Under the pieces are notes generated by a model. It was not told where the DNA came from, searched no databases, and was given only the letters and a program-made list of their open reading frames with translations. DNA of 64,000 bases from Acidobacteriota bacterium (GTDB lineage Bacteria > Acidobacteriota > Vicinamibacteria > Vicinamibacterales > Fen-181), in the NCBI GenBank assembly GCA_025363775.1, contig JANYLG010000158.1, positions 112 through 64,111 of the forward strand. Reading direction: 5' to 3'. Position numbers and translations under genes: made by a program. Below, in pieces: positions 8,897 through 20,562 of this stretch. The number at the start of each line of letters is the position of its first letter. Position 1 is the stretch's first letter.

Positions 8897-8978
8897 CAGC
8901 TGGCAGCTGGCAGCTGGCCGCTGGCAGCGGAACACGAATGATCCGCTGCCGGCTGACGGCTGACCGCTGACGGCTCTC
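8897..8978. repeat. two arms of 7-bp-period repeats (5 x CAGCTGG-type, 12-nt spacer, 5 x SGCTGMC-type)
   Basis: Read directly as cagctgg cagctgg cagctgg ccgctgg cagcgga / acacgaatgatc / cgctgcc ggctgac ggctgac cgctgac ggctctc. It fills the whole leuS-lptE gap. Confidence 0.85.
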
Positions 8979-11568
8979 ATTTCACCACGACATTGACCAG
9001 TTTTCCCTTCGCGACGATGACCTTGTGCACGGTCTTGCCGGCGGTGTGCATGCGCACGACGGCATCGGCCAGGGCCAGTTCACGTAGCAAGTCCTCGGCG
9101 ATGTCGATCGGAACGGTGAGCCGGCTCCGCAGCTTGCCGTTCACCTGGACGGGCACCACGATCTCGCTCGAACGGGCAACGACAGGATCGTACGTGGGCC
9201 AGGGGGCGGCGGTCAGGCCACCCTGGTGGCCGAGCATCTCCCACAGTTCCTCGGCCGTGTGCGGGGTGAACGGCGACAGCATCAGCACCAGCGCGTCTAC
9301 CGCTTCCCTGAGCACCGCGAGCGTCTCGATCCGCTCCTCGACGGGAGGCGCGTCGGCCTTCGCGCGCCGGACCGGCGCCCCGGTCTTCGTGTGCCCCTCG
9401 GAGAAGGCATACAACTCGTTCACCATCTCCATGAGGGCCGACACGACGGTGTTCAGATGCACGCGCGGGTCGAGGTCGTGCGTGACGCGGCGCACGGTGT
9501 CGTGGGTGACCCGGCGCACCGCTTGCTCGGCATCCGTCAGCGACAGCCCGCCGGGATCCGGGAGGCTCTTCCCTTCGAACGCCTCGCACCACTGGTCCAC
9601 CAGGCGCCACACGCGTGCGAGGAACCGGGCGCTGCCCTCGAGGCCGGCGTCGGTCCATTCGATCTCGTTCTCGGGCGGTGCGACGAACATCACGTACAGC
9701 CGCAACGCGTCGGCGCCGTGCCTCACGAGCATGTCGTCGGGATCGACCACGTTCCCCTTCGACTTCGACATCGCGCTGCCGTCCTTCAGCACCATGCCCT
9801 GCGTGAGGAGGCGCGCGAACGGCTCGTCGTGATCGACCATGCCCAGGTCGCGGAACACCCGACAGAAGAACCGCGAGTAAATCAGGTGCAGGATGGCGTG
9901 CTCGACGCCGCCGCTGTAGAAGTCCACCGGGCACCAGTACTTCACCGCGGACGGAGCGAACGCCTGGCTGACGTTGCGCGGGTCGCAGTAGCGATAGAAG
10001 TACCAGGACGAATCCACGAAGGTGTCCATCGTGTCGGTCTCGCGCCGGGCGTCGCCGCCGCACGTCGGGCACGTGACGTTGACCCAATCGGACACCTGCG
10101 CCAGCGGCGAGTCGCCGCGGCCCGTGAACTCCGCCACCTTCGGAAGGACGACGGGCAACTGATCGTCGGGCACCGGCACGACACCGCAGTGCTCGCAGTG
10201 GATCATGGGAATCGGCGTGCCCCAGTAGCGCTGGCGCGAAATCCCCCAGTCCTTCAGGCGATACTGCACGGTCCGCGCGCCAAGGCTCCGCGCCTCTGCC
10301 GCCTCGGCCATCGTGGCGATGGCGTTTGTGGACCACAGTCCCGAGAACTCGCCGGAGTTCACCACGCGACCGGGTTCCACGTAGGCCTGTGTCATCGTCT
10401 CACCCGACAACGCCGGCTCGCTGGCGCCCTCGACCTCTCTCTGAATCACCACGTCGATGGGCAGCGAGTACTTCCGGGCGAACTCGAAGTCGCGCTGGTC
10501 GTGGGCGGGCACGGCCATCACCGCGCCGGTGCCATACTCGCCGAGCACGAAGTTGGCGACCCACAGCGGCACCGGTCGCCCTGTGAACGGGTTCACCGCG
10601 TAGCGGCCTGTGAAGAACCCCTCCTTCTCGACCTGGCCCGTCAGCCTCGCCGTTCGGTCCTGGGCGCGGAAGCGCTGCACGTGCTGGCGGAACGCCTCGG
10701 GCGCCACCGACTCGGCCGCGATCCGTTCGATCCACTCGTGCTCGGGCGCGAGCAGCACGAAGGTGGCGCCGTAGATCGTGTCGATGCGGGTCGTGAACAC
10801 CTCGATATCCGGCGCGTCGGCCGGGCGCGGCTCCGCGGGCGGCGCGCTGACGCCGGCCGGCAGCAGGGGGAACTTCACCCGGGCGCCTTCCGACCGCCCA
10901 ATCCAGTTCCGCTGCATCGTCAGGACCTTCTCAGGCCATGCCTTCAGCCGATCCGTGGCGTCCAGCAGTTCCTGGGCGTAGTGCGTGATACGAAGGAACC
11001 ACTGCTCGAGGTTGCGGCTCCCGACGAGGGTGCCGCAGCGCCAGCACCCGCCCTCGACCACCTGCTCGTTGGCGAGCACCGTGTGGCAACTCGGACACCA
11101 GTTGACCGTCGAGCGTTTGCGGTAGGCCAGGTCGCGCTCGAACATCCGGATGAACAGCCACTGGTTCCACTTGTAGTAGTCGGGCAGGCACGTGGCAATC
11201 TCGCGGTTCCAGGCGTAGCTGATCCCCAGCCGCTGCAACTGGCCCTTCATGTGCGCGATGTTGGCCAGCGTCGACGCCTCGGGGTGGATGCCCTGCTTGA
11301 TGGCTGCGTTCTCGGCCGGCAGGCCAAACGCGTCCCACCCGAAGGGGTGCAGCACGTTGAACCCTTGCATCCGCTTCTGGCGGGCCATCACGTCGCCAAT
11401 CATGTAGTTGCGGACGTGGCCCACGTGAGCGTGCCCGGACGGATAGGCAAACATCTCGAGGCAGTAGAACTTCGGCTTCGACGGGTTCTCGGTCACCTCG
11501 AAGGCACCGGTCTCCATCCAGCGCTTCTGCCACTTCCGGTCGAGCGATTGCGGTATGTACTCGCGCAC
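8977..11568 (-). CDS. leuS: leucyl-tRNA synthetase
   Basis: 863-aa ORF with a HIGH-type motif ([13 protein letters not shown]), KMSKS ([10 protein letters not shown]) and overall LeuRS layout. Confidence 0.97.
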   Translation of the reverse strand: MREYIPQSLDRKWQKRWMETGAFEVTENPSKPKFYCLEMFAYPSGHAHVGHVRNYMIGDVMARQKRMQGFNVLHPFGWDAFGLPAENAAIKQGIHPEASTLANIAHMKGQLQRLGISYAWNREIATCLPDYYKWNQWLFIRMFERDLAYRKRSTVNWCPSCHTVLANEQVVEGGCWRCGTLVGSRNLEQWFLRITHYAQELLDATDRLKAWPEKVLTMQRNWIGRSEGARVKFPLLPAGVSAPPAEPRPADAPDIEVFTTRIDTIYGATFVLLAPEHEWIERIAAESVAPEAFRQHVQRFRAQDRTARLTGQVEKEGFFTGRYAVNPFTGRPVPLWVANFVLGEYGTGAVMAVPAHDQRDFEFARKYSLPIDVVIQREVEGASEPALSGETMTQAYVEPGRVVNSGEFSGLWSTNAIATMAEAAEARSLGARTVQYRLKDWGISRQRYWGTPIPMIHCEHCGVVPVPDDQLPVVLPKVAEFTGRGDSPLAQVSDWVNVTCPTCGGDARRETDTMDTFVDSSWYFYRYCDPRNVSQAFAPSAVKYWCPVDFYSGGVEHAILHLIYSRFFCRVFRDLGMVDHDEPFARLLTQGMVLKDGSAMSKSKGNVVDPDDMLVRHGADALRLYVMFVAPPENEIEWTDAGLEGSARFLARVWRLVDQWCEAFEGKSLPDPGGLSLTDAEQAVRRVTHDTVRRVTHDLDPRVHLNTVVSALMEMVNELYAFSEGHTKTGAPVRRAKADAPPVEERIETLAVLREAVDALVLMLSPFTPHTAEELWEMLGHQGGLTAAPWPTYDPVVARSSEIVVPVQVNGKLRSRLTVPIDIAEDLLRELALADAVVRMHTAGKTVHKVIVAKGKLVNVVVK

Positions 11569-11718
11569 GTGTCGGTCCTGCTTGCTCCCGACGGCAGCAC
11601 GGGCCGGCGGCGGGTGGAGAGGTATGGGCCGTCGTGGCTGGCGGCGGCCAAGCCGAGATCCTGTAATTATAGCCCAGACATCTTCGCGGGCTGAGAACGT
11701 GACGGCCCAAGCGCGTGG

Positions 11719-12762
11719 CTACGCGAGCCAGTACCGCTTCTGGGCCGCGCGGACGAGTGCGAGCGCGGCGGTCCCGCAAGAGGTCGGCGCTTCGCCGGGC
11801 GGAGCCTTGGGGGCGACCTTCGGCCCGGCGAGCGCGTCGATGGTGGCCTGCAGCGAGTCTTTCATCGCGTCGAGATGGTATCCGCCCTCGGTGGCCAGGA
11901 CGAGCCTTCCCCCGCACGACGTCTCGGCCACGGCCCTGAGGCGCGCGGCAATCCGGCCGAAGCCCGCCGTGGACAGGTGCATGTGCGCGAGCGGGTCCTG
12001 GTCGTGCGCATCGAAGCCGACGTCGAGCACGAGCAACTGGGGAGCGAACTCCGCGAGAATCGGCTCGACGACATACTCGAGGAGCAGCAGATAATCGGCG
12101 TCGGTCGCGCCAGCCGCGATGGGAATGTTGACGGTGAAGCCTTCGCCCTCGCCCACCCCGCACTCGCCGGCCGCCCCGGTCTGGGGATAGAACGGATACT
12201 GGTGAGCGGACATCACGAGCACGCGCGGGTCGTCGTAGAAGGCCCACTGCGTGCCGTTCCCATGATGCACGTCGTAGTCAACGACCGCGATGCGCGTGAG
12301 GCCGCGTGCAAGGGCGTACGCCACGGCGATGGCGACGTTGTTCAGCAGGCAGAACCCCATCGCCCGGTCGCGCATCGCGTGGTGTCCCGGAGGACGCACG
12401 AGGGCGAATGCGGCAGAGAGGGTGCCGGCATCCGGGGTCTGGTCGAGCACGTGATCGACGGCGGTCACCACCGCGCCAGCCGCGAGGATGGCCGCCTCCC
12501 ACGACCCGGGTGACATGTAGGTGTCGAGGTCGAGCACCGCGGGATGCCCGGCCGACGCGGCCAGCCGATCGACGTGGCCCGCGGCGTGGATGCGCTCAAT
12601 CTCCGCGCGCGTCGCGGCCCGCGGCGGCAGCACCGTCTCTCCCCGCGCTCGCCACGCCTCCACGACCGCGCGCATCACGTGGGCCCGCTCGACGCGCTCG
12701 GGGTGCCCGGCCGGGGGCACGTGGTCGGCGGACCGATCGGACCAGACGAGGACAAGGGACAT
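11719..12762 (-). CDS. histone deacetylase-family amidohydrolase (AcuC/HDAC-like)
   Basis: RPPGHHAMRDRAMGFCLLNNVAIA and DYDVHHGNGTQ motifs. Confidence 0.85.
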   Translation of the reverse strand: MSLVLVWSDRSADHVPPAGHPERVERAHVMRAVVEAWRARGETVLPPRAATRAEIERIHAAGHVDRLAASAGHPAVLDLDTYMSPGSWEAAILAAGAVVTAVDHVLDQTPDAGTLSAAFALVRPPGHHAMRDRAMGFCLLNNVAIAVAYALARGLTRIAVVDYDVHHGNGTQWAFYDDPRVLVMSAHQYPFYPQTGAAGECGVGEGEGFTVNIPIAAGATDADYLLLLEYVVEPILAEFAPQLLVLDVGFDAHDQDPLAHMHLSTAGFGRIAARLRAVAETSCGGRLVLATEGGYHLDAMKDSLQATIDALAGPKVAPKAPPGEAPTSCGTAALALVRAAQKRYWLA

Positions 12763-12785
12763 AGGGGTCGGCTCTCGACGTTCGG

Positions 12786-13490
12786 CTAGCGGCTTTCGAC
12801 CTTCGGCCTGTCACGCTGCCCGAGGAGCGACAGGGCGCGCCGTTGCAGCCCTTCCAGGCATCGCTCGAGCTCGACGCGCTTCTCCTCGATCACCGACTCG
12901 CCGGCGTCGGCGGGCACCTCCAGCGGGGCGCCCATCACCATCACCACGCGGCTCCACGGCTTGGGCACCTGCGATCGGTCCCAGCTTCGCAAGGTCCAGC
13001 GCGGGTTCGATTCGATGTGAAACGGGACCACCGGGTTGCCGGTCGCCTTTGCCAGCCACACGGCGCCCGGCTGTGCGTGGCCGGCGGGGCCGCGCGGACC
13101 GTCTACGGTGAAGGCCGCCGGCCGACCCTCGGCCATGTCCCGCTTCAGCTGGAGCAGCGCGCGCCTCGCGCCGCGGGACGTGGACCCGCGCGCCTGCGCG
13201 TAACCAAACCGGCGCATGATCCGCGCGATCCACTCACCGTCGAAATTGTGGCTCGTGATGGCGACCACGCCGCGGTCGCGGAAGTAGACGGTGGCGGGAA
13301 GGATGCCCCCGTGCCACAGGGCCAGAATCGGCTGGCGGCCCGACGCGAGCACCGCCTGGAAGTGCTCGACGCCGTCCTCGCTCCACCGGTAGGTCCGGCC
13401 GAGCGTGGCAATCAGGGGATACCCGATGGCGGCGATGGCTGCGACCTCGAAGCGCTTGAGACGCGAGGCGCGCCAGTCGTCGCCGTTCAC
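12786..13490 (-). CDS. DUF374 / lysophospholipid-acyltransferase-like protein
   Basis: ILALWHGGILP...ITSHNFDGEWIARIMRRFGYAQARGSTSRGARRAL...FTVDGPRGP. The GTG at 13490-13488 overlaps the TGA of the upstream Fe-S gene (GTGA). Confidence 0.7.
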   Translation of the reverse strand: MNGDDWRASRLKRFEVAAIAAIGYPLIATLGRTYRWSEDGVEHFQAVLASGRQPILALWHGGILPATVYFRDRGVVAITSHNFDGEWIARIMRRFGYAQARGSTSRGARRALLQLKRDMAEGRPAAFTVDGPRGPAGHAQPGAVWLAKATGNPVVPFHIESNPRWTLRSWDRSQVPKPWSRVVMVMGAPLEVPADAGESVIEEKRVELERCLEGLQRRALSLLGQRDRPKVESR

Positions 13491-15349
13491 AAAACTGGCT
13501 GCAAGGAAGCCGGCCGTGCGCCCGGGGCCGGGGCGGCGACGGCCGCCGATTTGATCCGGCCGTCTACGAACGTCATCAGGTCGACGACCTGCGTCGTGGC
13601 GTTGGCGCTGGCCTGCGCGCCCTTGAGCATGATCGAGCAGAACGGGCACGCGGTGACGATGGTGCCCGCGCCCGTCGCCTGGAGCTGCTCGAACCGCCGC
13701 TGGCTGATGCGCGGGCCTTCTTCGTGTTCCTCGAAGAGCAGGCCGCCGCCGGCGCCGCAGCAGAACGGGTTGTCCCCGGACCGCTCGGGCTCCTTCACCA
13801 CGGCGCCCGCGCGGGCCAGCAGGTCGCGGGGTTCTTTCGTGTGCCCGGCGTATCGCGCCAGGTAGCACGGGTCGTGCAGCGCCACAGCCTCGGCGCCGGG
13901 CAGGCGGAGATCCCCGGCAATCTGCGACACGAGAACCACGGAATGCTGCACCTCGACGTCGAACCCGAACGGCTTGTAGTCCTCACCGAGCGTTTTCAGG
14001 CAGTGCGGGCAGGCCGTGAGGATCTTCTTCACGCCGGCCGCCTGGAAATCGGCGATGTTTGCCGTCGCCAGCTCCTGGAACAGGTACTCGTTGCCCGTCC
14101 GCTTGGCCGGATCTCCCGTGCACCGCTCCTTGGCCAGCACGCCGAAGGTCACCTGCCGCGCGCGCAGGATCTCGAACAGGGAGCGCAGCGCTTTCTGGAA
14201 ATCGGCCTCGTACGACCCCGCGCAGCCGAGCCACATCAGGTACTCGTGCCGCGCCGGGTCGAACGTCTCGAGGCCGGCCGAGGTGACGAACTTCTGCCGG
14301 ACATCGGAGGTCAGCCCCCAGATGTTCCCGCGCCGATCCAGGTGGTTGTACATCGCGCCGAGCGCGTCGGGCGCTTCGCCGTTCGACACCAGGCCGCGCC
14401 GCGCGCCTAGAATCAACGGCAGGTGCTCGACCCCCACCGGGCACTGCTGCTCGCACGCGCCGCACGTGGTGCACTGCCACAGCACGCCGCGGTCGTACAC
14501 CTCTACGAGCTTCGCGTCCATCCTGCCGATCAGCAGCGCGTCCTCGTTCTGGAGGATCATCTTCTTCGGATTCAGAAGCTTCCCGGTCGCGTAGGCCGGG
14601 CAGTTCATCTGGCATCGGCCGCACTCCACGCACGTGAACGCGTCGAGCACCTGCTTCTTCTCGAGATCGGCCAGCGTCTCGAGCCCCACTTCCTCCTTCT
14701 CGAAATCGAGGTTCCTCACCTCGCCGAGCACTGGCGACTTCAGGAAGACCGTGGCGGGCGAGAGGACGAGGTGGAAGTGCTTCGAGCCCGGGATGAGCGC
14801 GAGGAAGACGAGGATGATGATCGAGTGCAGCCACCAGTTCACGGCGGCGGCCGGCCCCTCGGTCAACCGGAAGTCGAGCAGGAATGAGATCATCAGCGTC
14901 GCGATGAAGACACCGATGAGCACCGATTCGCCCGACAGCGGTCCGAGCGCCTCGGGCCGGAACACGACCCGCCGGATCACCAGGAAGATGATCCCGCCGA
15001 GCACGCCGAGGGCGAACGGCACGAGCGCGAGCGCGTAATAGTGGAAGGACGACGTACCCGTCAGGTCGACGACGCCCAGCCCCTTCAGGAACTGGCACCC
15101 GCTGTACCCGGCAAAAGCCACGAAGCCCCAGAACACCAGCGCGTGGGCGAGGCCGACCGCGGGCTTTCCGGCGATCACTTCGGACTGGAAGACGACCTCA
15201 CGGAGGAACCTCGAGACGCGCGTAGCCACGCGATCGGTCCGGAGCGTGCCCTTTGCGCGACCGACGAGCAGGAGCCGCCTGGACACTTGCGCCGCGAACA
15301 GGCCGCCAAACAGGACGACAAGCAGGGCGAGGACCAGCGCAGACAGCAC
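13487..15349 (-). CDS. membrane-anchored (Fe-S)-binding oxidoreductase, EtfD-like (4Fe-4S plus CCG domains)
   Basis: N-terminal hydrophobic helices, CVECGRCQMNCP and CTTCGACEQQCP ferredoxin motifs, and C-terminal CCGAGGG cysteine-rich repeats. It lies directly downstream of etfBA, and its GTG shares 1 nt with the etfA TAG. Confidence 0.8.
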   Translation of the reverse strand: MLSALVLALLVVLFGGLFAAQVSRRLLLVGRAKGTLRTDRVATRVSRFLREVVFQSEVIAGKPAVGLAHALVFWGFVAFAGYSGCQFLKGLGVVDLTGTSSFHYYALALVPFALGVLGGIIFLVIRRVVFRPEALGPLSGESVLIGVFIATLMISFLLDFRLTEGPAAAVNWWLHSIIILVFLALIPGSKHFHLVLSPATVFLKSPVLGEVRNLDFEKEEVGLETLADLEKKQVLDAFTCVECGRCQMNCPAYATGKLLNPKKMILQNEDALLIGRMDAKLVEVYDRGVLWQCTTCGACEQQCPVGVEHLPLILGARRGLVSNGEAPDALGAMYNHLDRRGNIWGLTSDVRQKFVTSAGLETFDPARHEYLMWLGCAGSYEADFQKALRSLFEILRARQVTFGVLAKERCTGDPAKRTGNEYLFQELATANIADFQAAGVKKILTACPHCLKTLGEDYKPFGFDVEVQHSVVLVSQIAGDLRLPGAEAVALHDPCYLARYAGHTKEPRDLLARAGAVVKEPERSGDNPFCCGAGGGLLFEEHEEGPRISQRRFEQLQATGAGTIVTACPFCSIMLKGAQASANATTQVVDLMTFVDGRIKSAAVAAPAPGARPASLQPVL

Positions 15350-16323
15350 TACCGCTGAAGCTCCTTGATCAGCGCGGGCACCACCTCGAACAGGTCACCC
15401 ACGATGCCGTAGTCGGCGAGTTCGAACATCGGCGCCTCGGCATCCTTGTTGATCGCGACGATCGTCTTCGAGGCCTTCATCCCGACGGCGTGCTGGATGG
15501 CTCCCGAGACGCCCAACGCGAGATAGAGCTTTGGCGCGACGGTCTGCCCGGAGCTCCCCACCTGGCGATCGATCGGCAGCCAGCCGGCGTCGCAGATCGG
15601 CCGCGACGCGGCGAGTTCGGCGCCAAGCGCCTTTGCCAGCGCTTCGGCCAGCGGCAACTGGTCCCGCGCCCGTATACCGCGGCCCACGGCGACGATGCGC
15701 TGGGCCTGGGAGAGGTCGACCGCCTGCTTCGCCTCGCGGAACGGCGCCTCGGGCTTCTGGCGAATCAACGCGGCATCGATCGTCACGTCCGCGCGGGATA
15801 CCGGGGCAGGCGAGGCGCCTCGCTCGGCGAGGTCGGCGTTGAACGCGCCAGCCTGGAACGTGACGAGGTACGGGGCCTCGCCCTCGAGCACCACGTCGGC
15901 CGCGAGCTTGCCCTGGAAGATCAACCGCGTGAAGGCCACCGTGCCGTCGGCCTCCGCGAGCGAGACCACGTCGGCGACGAGCGCGCGATCGAGCCGGGCC
16001 GCCAGCTTGGGCACGAAGTCGCGGGCGAGGTAGGTGTGAGGAAAGAGAACATACGTGGGGGCCTGGCCGGCGACCAACTGGGCCAGCGCGGCGACAAAGC
16101 CGTCCGCGGTATAGGGCTCCAGCGCGGCCTGCTCGACCGTCAGCACCTCGGCGACAGCGGCCGCCGACAGTTCGCCGGCCGCCGCAGCGAGGTCGCCGCC
16201 GAGCAGCGCCACCTTGATCGGCGCGCCGCCCGTCTTCGCCGCCAGCCGCTGCGCGGCCGCCACCACTTCCCAGCTCGCCCGGTTCAACCGGCCATCACGT
16301 TGCTCAGCCACAACAAGAATCAT
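15349..16323 (-). CDS. etfA: electron transfer flavoprotein alpha subunit
   Basis: [14 protein letters not shown]... and C-terminal [32 protein letters not shown]-binding signature. ATG at 16323. Confidence 0.9.
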   Translation of the reverse strand: MILVVAEQRDGRLNRASWEVVAAAQRLAAKTGGAPIKVALLGGDLAAAAGELSAAAVAEVLTVEQAALEPYTADGFVAALAQLVAGQAPTYVLFPHTYLARDFVPKLAARLDRALVADVVSLAEADGTVAFTRLIFQGKLAADVVLEGEAPYLVTFQAGAFNADLAERGASPAPVSRADVTIDAALIRQKPEAPFREAKQAVDLSQAQRIVAVGRGIRARDQLPLAEALAKALGAELAASRPICDAGWLPIDRQVGSSGQTVAPKLYLALGVSGAIQHAVGMKASKTIVAINKDAEAPMFELADYGIVGDLFEVVPALIKELQR

Positions 16324-16337
16324 GTCCGCCTTCTCCC

Positions 16338-17102
16338 CTAGTCGATCGCGCGTGCCTCGTCCCGCAGGCGCTTGACGAGTTCCCTGGCCGCTTCGGCGGG
16401 GGTGCCGCCGATCAACTGCGTCTGCTTCGTCTTCTGCGGCGGGTAGAGGTTCACGATTCGCTGGTGCGACCGATGCGCGCCCGACGCCGCCACCTTCCGG
16501 ATGTCCTTCTTCCTGGCGGCCATGATCCCCTTGAGCGTCGCGTAGCGCAGCTGGTTGATGCCGCTCTGGATCGTGAGCACCGCTGGCAACGGCATCGCGA
16601 CCCACTGGAACCAGCCGCCCTCGAGCTCGCGCTTCACGCGCAGCGCGCCGCCGTCCACCGTCACTTCCATGATGATGGTCGCGTGCGGAACGCCCAGCCG
16701 CTCGGCGAGCACGACGCCGGTCTGGGCGAAGCCCTGGTCGTCGGATTGAAGTCCGGTGAGCACCAGGTCGAACGACTCGCCGCTCATCGCCTCGGCGAGC
16801 GCCCCGGCCACCTCGAAGGCGTCGGCCGATGCGGCACCGTCCGACTCGACGTGGATGGCGCGGTCCGCCCCGCGCGCCAGCGCCTCACGGATCACATGGG
16901 AGACGCGCGAGGGACCGGCCGAGCACACGACCACTTCCCCGCCGTGGCGCTCTTTCAGGCGCAGCCCCTCTTCGAGCGCATAGGCGTCCGGCTCATTCAT
17001 CTCGAAGGCGGCGTCCTCGTCGCGAACCCAGGTCCGCGACTCGTTGACGCGCGGCTGCCAGTCGCGCGCGGGAACCTGCTTGATGCAGACGGCAATTTTC
17101 AT
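16338..17102 (-). CDS. etfB: electron transfer flavoprotein beta subunit
   Basis: MKIAVCIKQVP...DLVLTGLQSDD pattern. ATG at 17102. Confidence 0.9.
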   Translation of the reverse strand: MKIAVCIKQVPARDWQPRVNESRTWVRDEDAAFEMNEPDAYALEEGLRLKERHGGEVVVCSAGPSRVSHVIREALARGADRAIHVESDGAASADAFEVAGALAEAMSGESFDLVLTGLQSDDQGFAQTGVVLAERLGVPHATIIMEVTVDGGALRVKRELEGGWFQWVAMPLPAVLTIQSGINQLRYATLKGIMAARKKDIRKVAASGAHRSHQRIVNLYPPQKTKQTQLIGGTPAEAARELVKRLRDEARAID

Positions 17103-17210
17103 ACGGCAATGAGCGATGGGCGGGCCTTGATGGCCCGCCCCATGGGTCGGCAACCCGGCGCCGCCCCTCGTTCTCAGGCTCGCGGGTTCCGGACCGGTTG
17201 GACACGGCGG

Positions 17211-18452
<1,242 letters not shown>

Positions 18453-18563
18453 GCTCCCTCCGTTGACACGGCCGCCCCGCGCGCCGACGCGCACGGGCCG
18501 GCACCGCTACCGCGTGCACGCCCGCCGGACGGCAGGCGCGCCGGCCCCGCGCCGTGTGCGACG

Positions 18564-18809
18564 CTATTTTTTGGCCTTGGCGTGCGCCTCGACGTAATCG
18601 ACCGCTTCCTTCACGCGCGTGATCTTCTCGGCATCCTCGTCCGGGATCTCGATACCAAACTCTTCCTCGAACGCCATCACGAGTTCGACGGTGTCGAGCG
18701 AGTCGGCGCCCAGGTCGTCCACGAACGACGCATCCGGGGTGACCTCTTCTTCGTCGACGCCCAACTGTTCAACGATGATGCTCTTGACCTTGTCAGCAAC
18801 CGCAGCCAT
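18564..18809 (-). CDS. acpP: acyl carrier protein
   Basis: [21 protein letters not shown] phosphopantetheine-attachment motif. Confidence 0.95.
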   Translation of the reverse strand: MAAVADKVKSIIVEQLGVDEEEVTPDASFVDDLGADSLDTVELVMAFEEEFGIEIPDEDAEKITRVKEAVDYVEAHAKAKK

Positions 18810-18817
18810 TGACCCTC

Positions 18818-19561
18818 CTAAGTGTACATCGCGCCATTGACGGCGAGGACCTGCCCCGAGATATACGACGCCTCATCGGTCGCCAGGAAACAGACGGCCG
18901 AGGCGACGTCGTCCGCCGTGCCGAGCCTGCCGATCGGAACCTTGGACGCCCACTCGTTCCGCACGCTCTCGGGCAACCCACGGGTCATGTCGGTGTCGAT
19001 CAGTCCCGGGGCCACCACGTTGACGGTAATGCCGCGCACGGCCAGCTCGCGGGCCAGCGACTTGCTGAACCCGATGATGCCGGCCTTCGACGCGGCGTAG
19101 TTCGACTGCCCGGCGTTGCCCATCTGTCCGACGACCGAGCTGATGTTGATGATCCGACCTCCGCGCTGGCGCATCATCGCGCGCAGCACGGCTTGGGTAC
19201 AGGTGAACGTCCCGGACAGGTTGACGTTCAGCACGACGTCCCAGTCCTCGCGCTTGAGCCGCAGCGCCACGTTATCGCGGACGATGCCGGCGTTGTTGAC
19301 CAGGATGTCCACGCGGCTGTGCCGCTCGAGAATTTTCCCGATGGTCGCCTGCACGCCTGCCGTGTCGGTGACGTCCATCGCGTAGCCCTCGGCCTTGCCG
19401 CCCGAGGCGACGACCTCGTGGGCCGCCTGGCCCACCGCGTCACCGAGCACGTCGGTCAACGCCACCAGCGCGCCCTGGCGGGCAAGCATCTCGCTGATCG
19501 CGCGGCCGATGCCCCGCGACGCGCCCGTCACCACCGCCACTTTCCCGGTCAAATCGAACAT
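18818..19561 (-). CDS. fabG: 3-oxoacyl-ACP reductase
   Basis: SDR motifs TGASRGIG and YAASKAG. Position in the fab cluster. Confidence 0.92.
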   Translation of the reverse strand: MFDLTGKVAVVTGASRGIGRAISEMLARQGALVALTDVLGDAVGQAAHEVVASGGKAEGYAMDVTDTAGVQATIGKILERHSRVDILVNNAGIVRDNVALRLKREDWDVVLNVNLSGTFTCTQAVLRAMMRQRGGRIINISSVVGQMGNAGQSNYAASKAGIIGFSKSLARELAVRGITVNVVAPGLIDTDMTRGLPESVRNEWASKVPIGRLGTADDVASAVCFLATDEASYISGQVLAVNGAMYT

Positions 19562-19635
19562 CGCGTTCCGCTCCCCGGCTCACTGTCGAGCCAAGCGCCA
19601 CATGATACACGCAAAGGGATGTCAACTGGATGGTG

Positions 19636-20562
19636 TTACCCGAAGAGAGCGGCCACCTTTTCGAGGCCGGACGGGTCCTCGAAGCTCGCGAACGCCGCCT
19701 CACGATCGATCTTCCGGACCAGGCCGCACAGCACGGTGCCCGGACCCACTTCAACATACTTGCGGACGCCCTCGGATGCAAGCCGCCGCACGACGTCTTC
19801 CCACCGGACCGGCGACGACACCTGCCGCACGAGCGCCTCGATCGCGGACGCCGCGTCGCGCTTCGGCTCGGCGTCGACGTTGGCGACGACGGGCACGCGC
19901 GGGTCGCAGGCCCGGAGCGCGCGCAACACGGGCGCGAGCCGCTCCTCGGCCGGCTTCATGAGCGCGCAGTGGAATGGCGCGCTGACGGGCAGCGGCACGA
20001 CGCGCTTGGCGCCGAGCGCCTTCGCCCGTTCGCCCGCGCGCGCCACGGCGTCGGTCGCCCCGGCGATCACCACCTGGCCCGGCATGTTCATGTTGGCGGG
20101 ACTCACCACCTCGCCCTGCGCCGCCTCTTCACATGCCTGCGCCACGACCGCCGCGTCCAGCCCCATCACGGCCGCCATCGCGCCCTTCCCCACCGGCACC
20201 GCCTCCTGCATGAACCGGCCGCGCCGGCGTACCGTGCGCACGGCGTCGGCAAACGCGATCGTCCCCGCGCACACGTGCGCGGAATACTCGCCCAGGCTGT
20301 GGCCGGCCACGAACGCGGGCTCGAACCCGCGCGACGACAGCAGGCGGTACGCGGCGATGCTCACCGTCAAGATGGCCGGCTGCGTGTTCTCGGTCAGGCG
20401 CAGCTGGTCTTCCGGCCCCTCGAAGATCAGTCGGCTCAATCTCTCGCCCAGCGCGGCATCGGCTTCCGCGAACGTGTCGCGGCAGACGTCGAACGTTTCC
20501 GCCAGCGCCTTGCCCATCCCGACCGCCTGCGACCCCTGTCCCGGAAAGATGAATGCGATCAC
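19636..20562 (-). CDS. fabD: malonyl-CoA-ACP transacylase
   Basis: FIFPGQGSQ and GHSLGEYSA motifs. Its ATG overlaps the plsX stop (ATGA). Confidence 0.92.
   Translation of the reverse strand: MIAFIFPGQGSQAVGMGKALAETFDVCRDTFAEADAALGERLSRLIFEGPEDQLRLTENTQPAILTVSIAAYRLLSSRGFEPAFVAGHSLGEYSAHVCAGTIAFADAVRTVRRRGRFMQEAVPVGKGAMAAVMGLDAAVVAQACEEAAQGEVVSPANMNMPGQVVIAGATDAVARAGERAKALGAKRVVPLPVSAPFHCALMKPAEERLAPVLRALRACDPRVPVVANVDAEPKRDAASAIEALVRQVSSPVRWEDVVRRLASEGVRKYVEVGPGTVLCGLVRKIDREAAFASFEDPSGLEKVAALFG

Noticed and set aside
11666-11671. TATAAT hexamer on the minus strand about 98 nt upstream of the leuS GTG, considered as a promoter.
   Set aside because: No acceptable -35 lies at 16-18 nt spacing (TCAGCC/TTCTCA only). 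A single hexamer is too weak to call.
9226-11694. 822-aa plus-strand ORF antisense to leuS. Comparable long shadow ORFs are 37225-39765 (+), 40460-42496 (+), 18809-20611 (+), 43335-44732 (+), 51953-54286 (-), 32876-34315 (-), 1451-2710 (-) and others.
   Set aside because: They lie opposite genes with unambiguous homology. Their translations are Arg/Ala/Gly/Pro-rich with no recognisable motifs. This is the expected stop-codon-poor antisense frame of GC-rich DNA.
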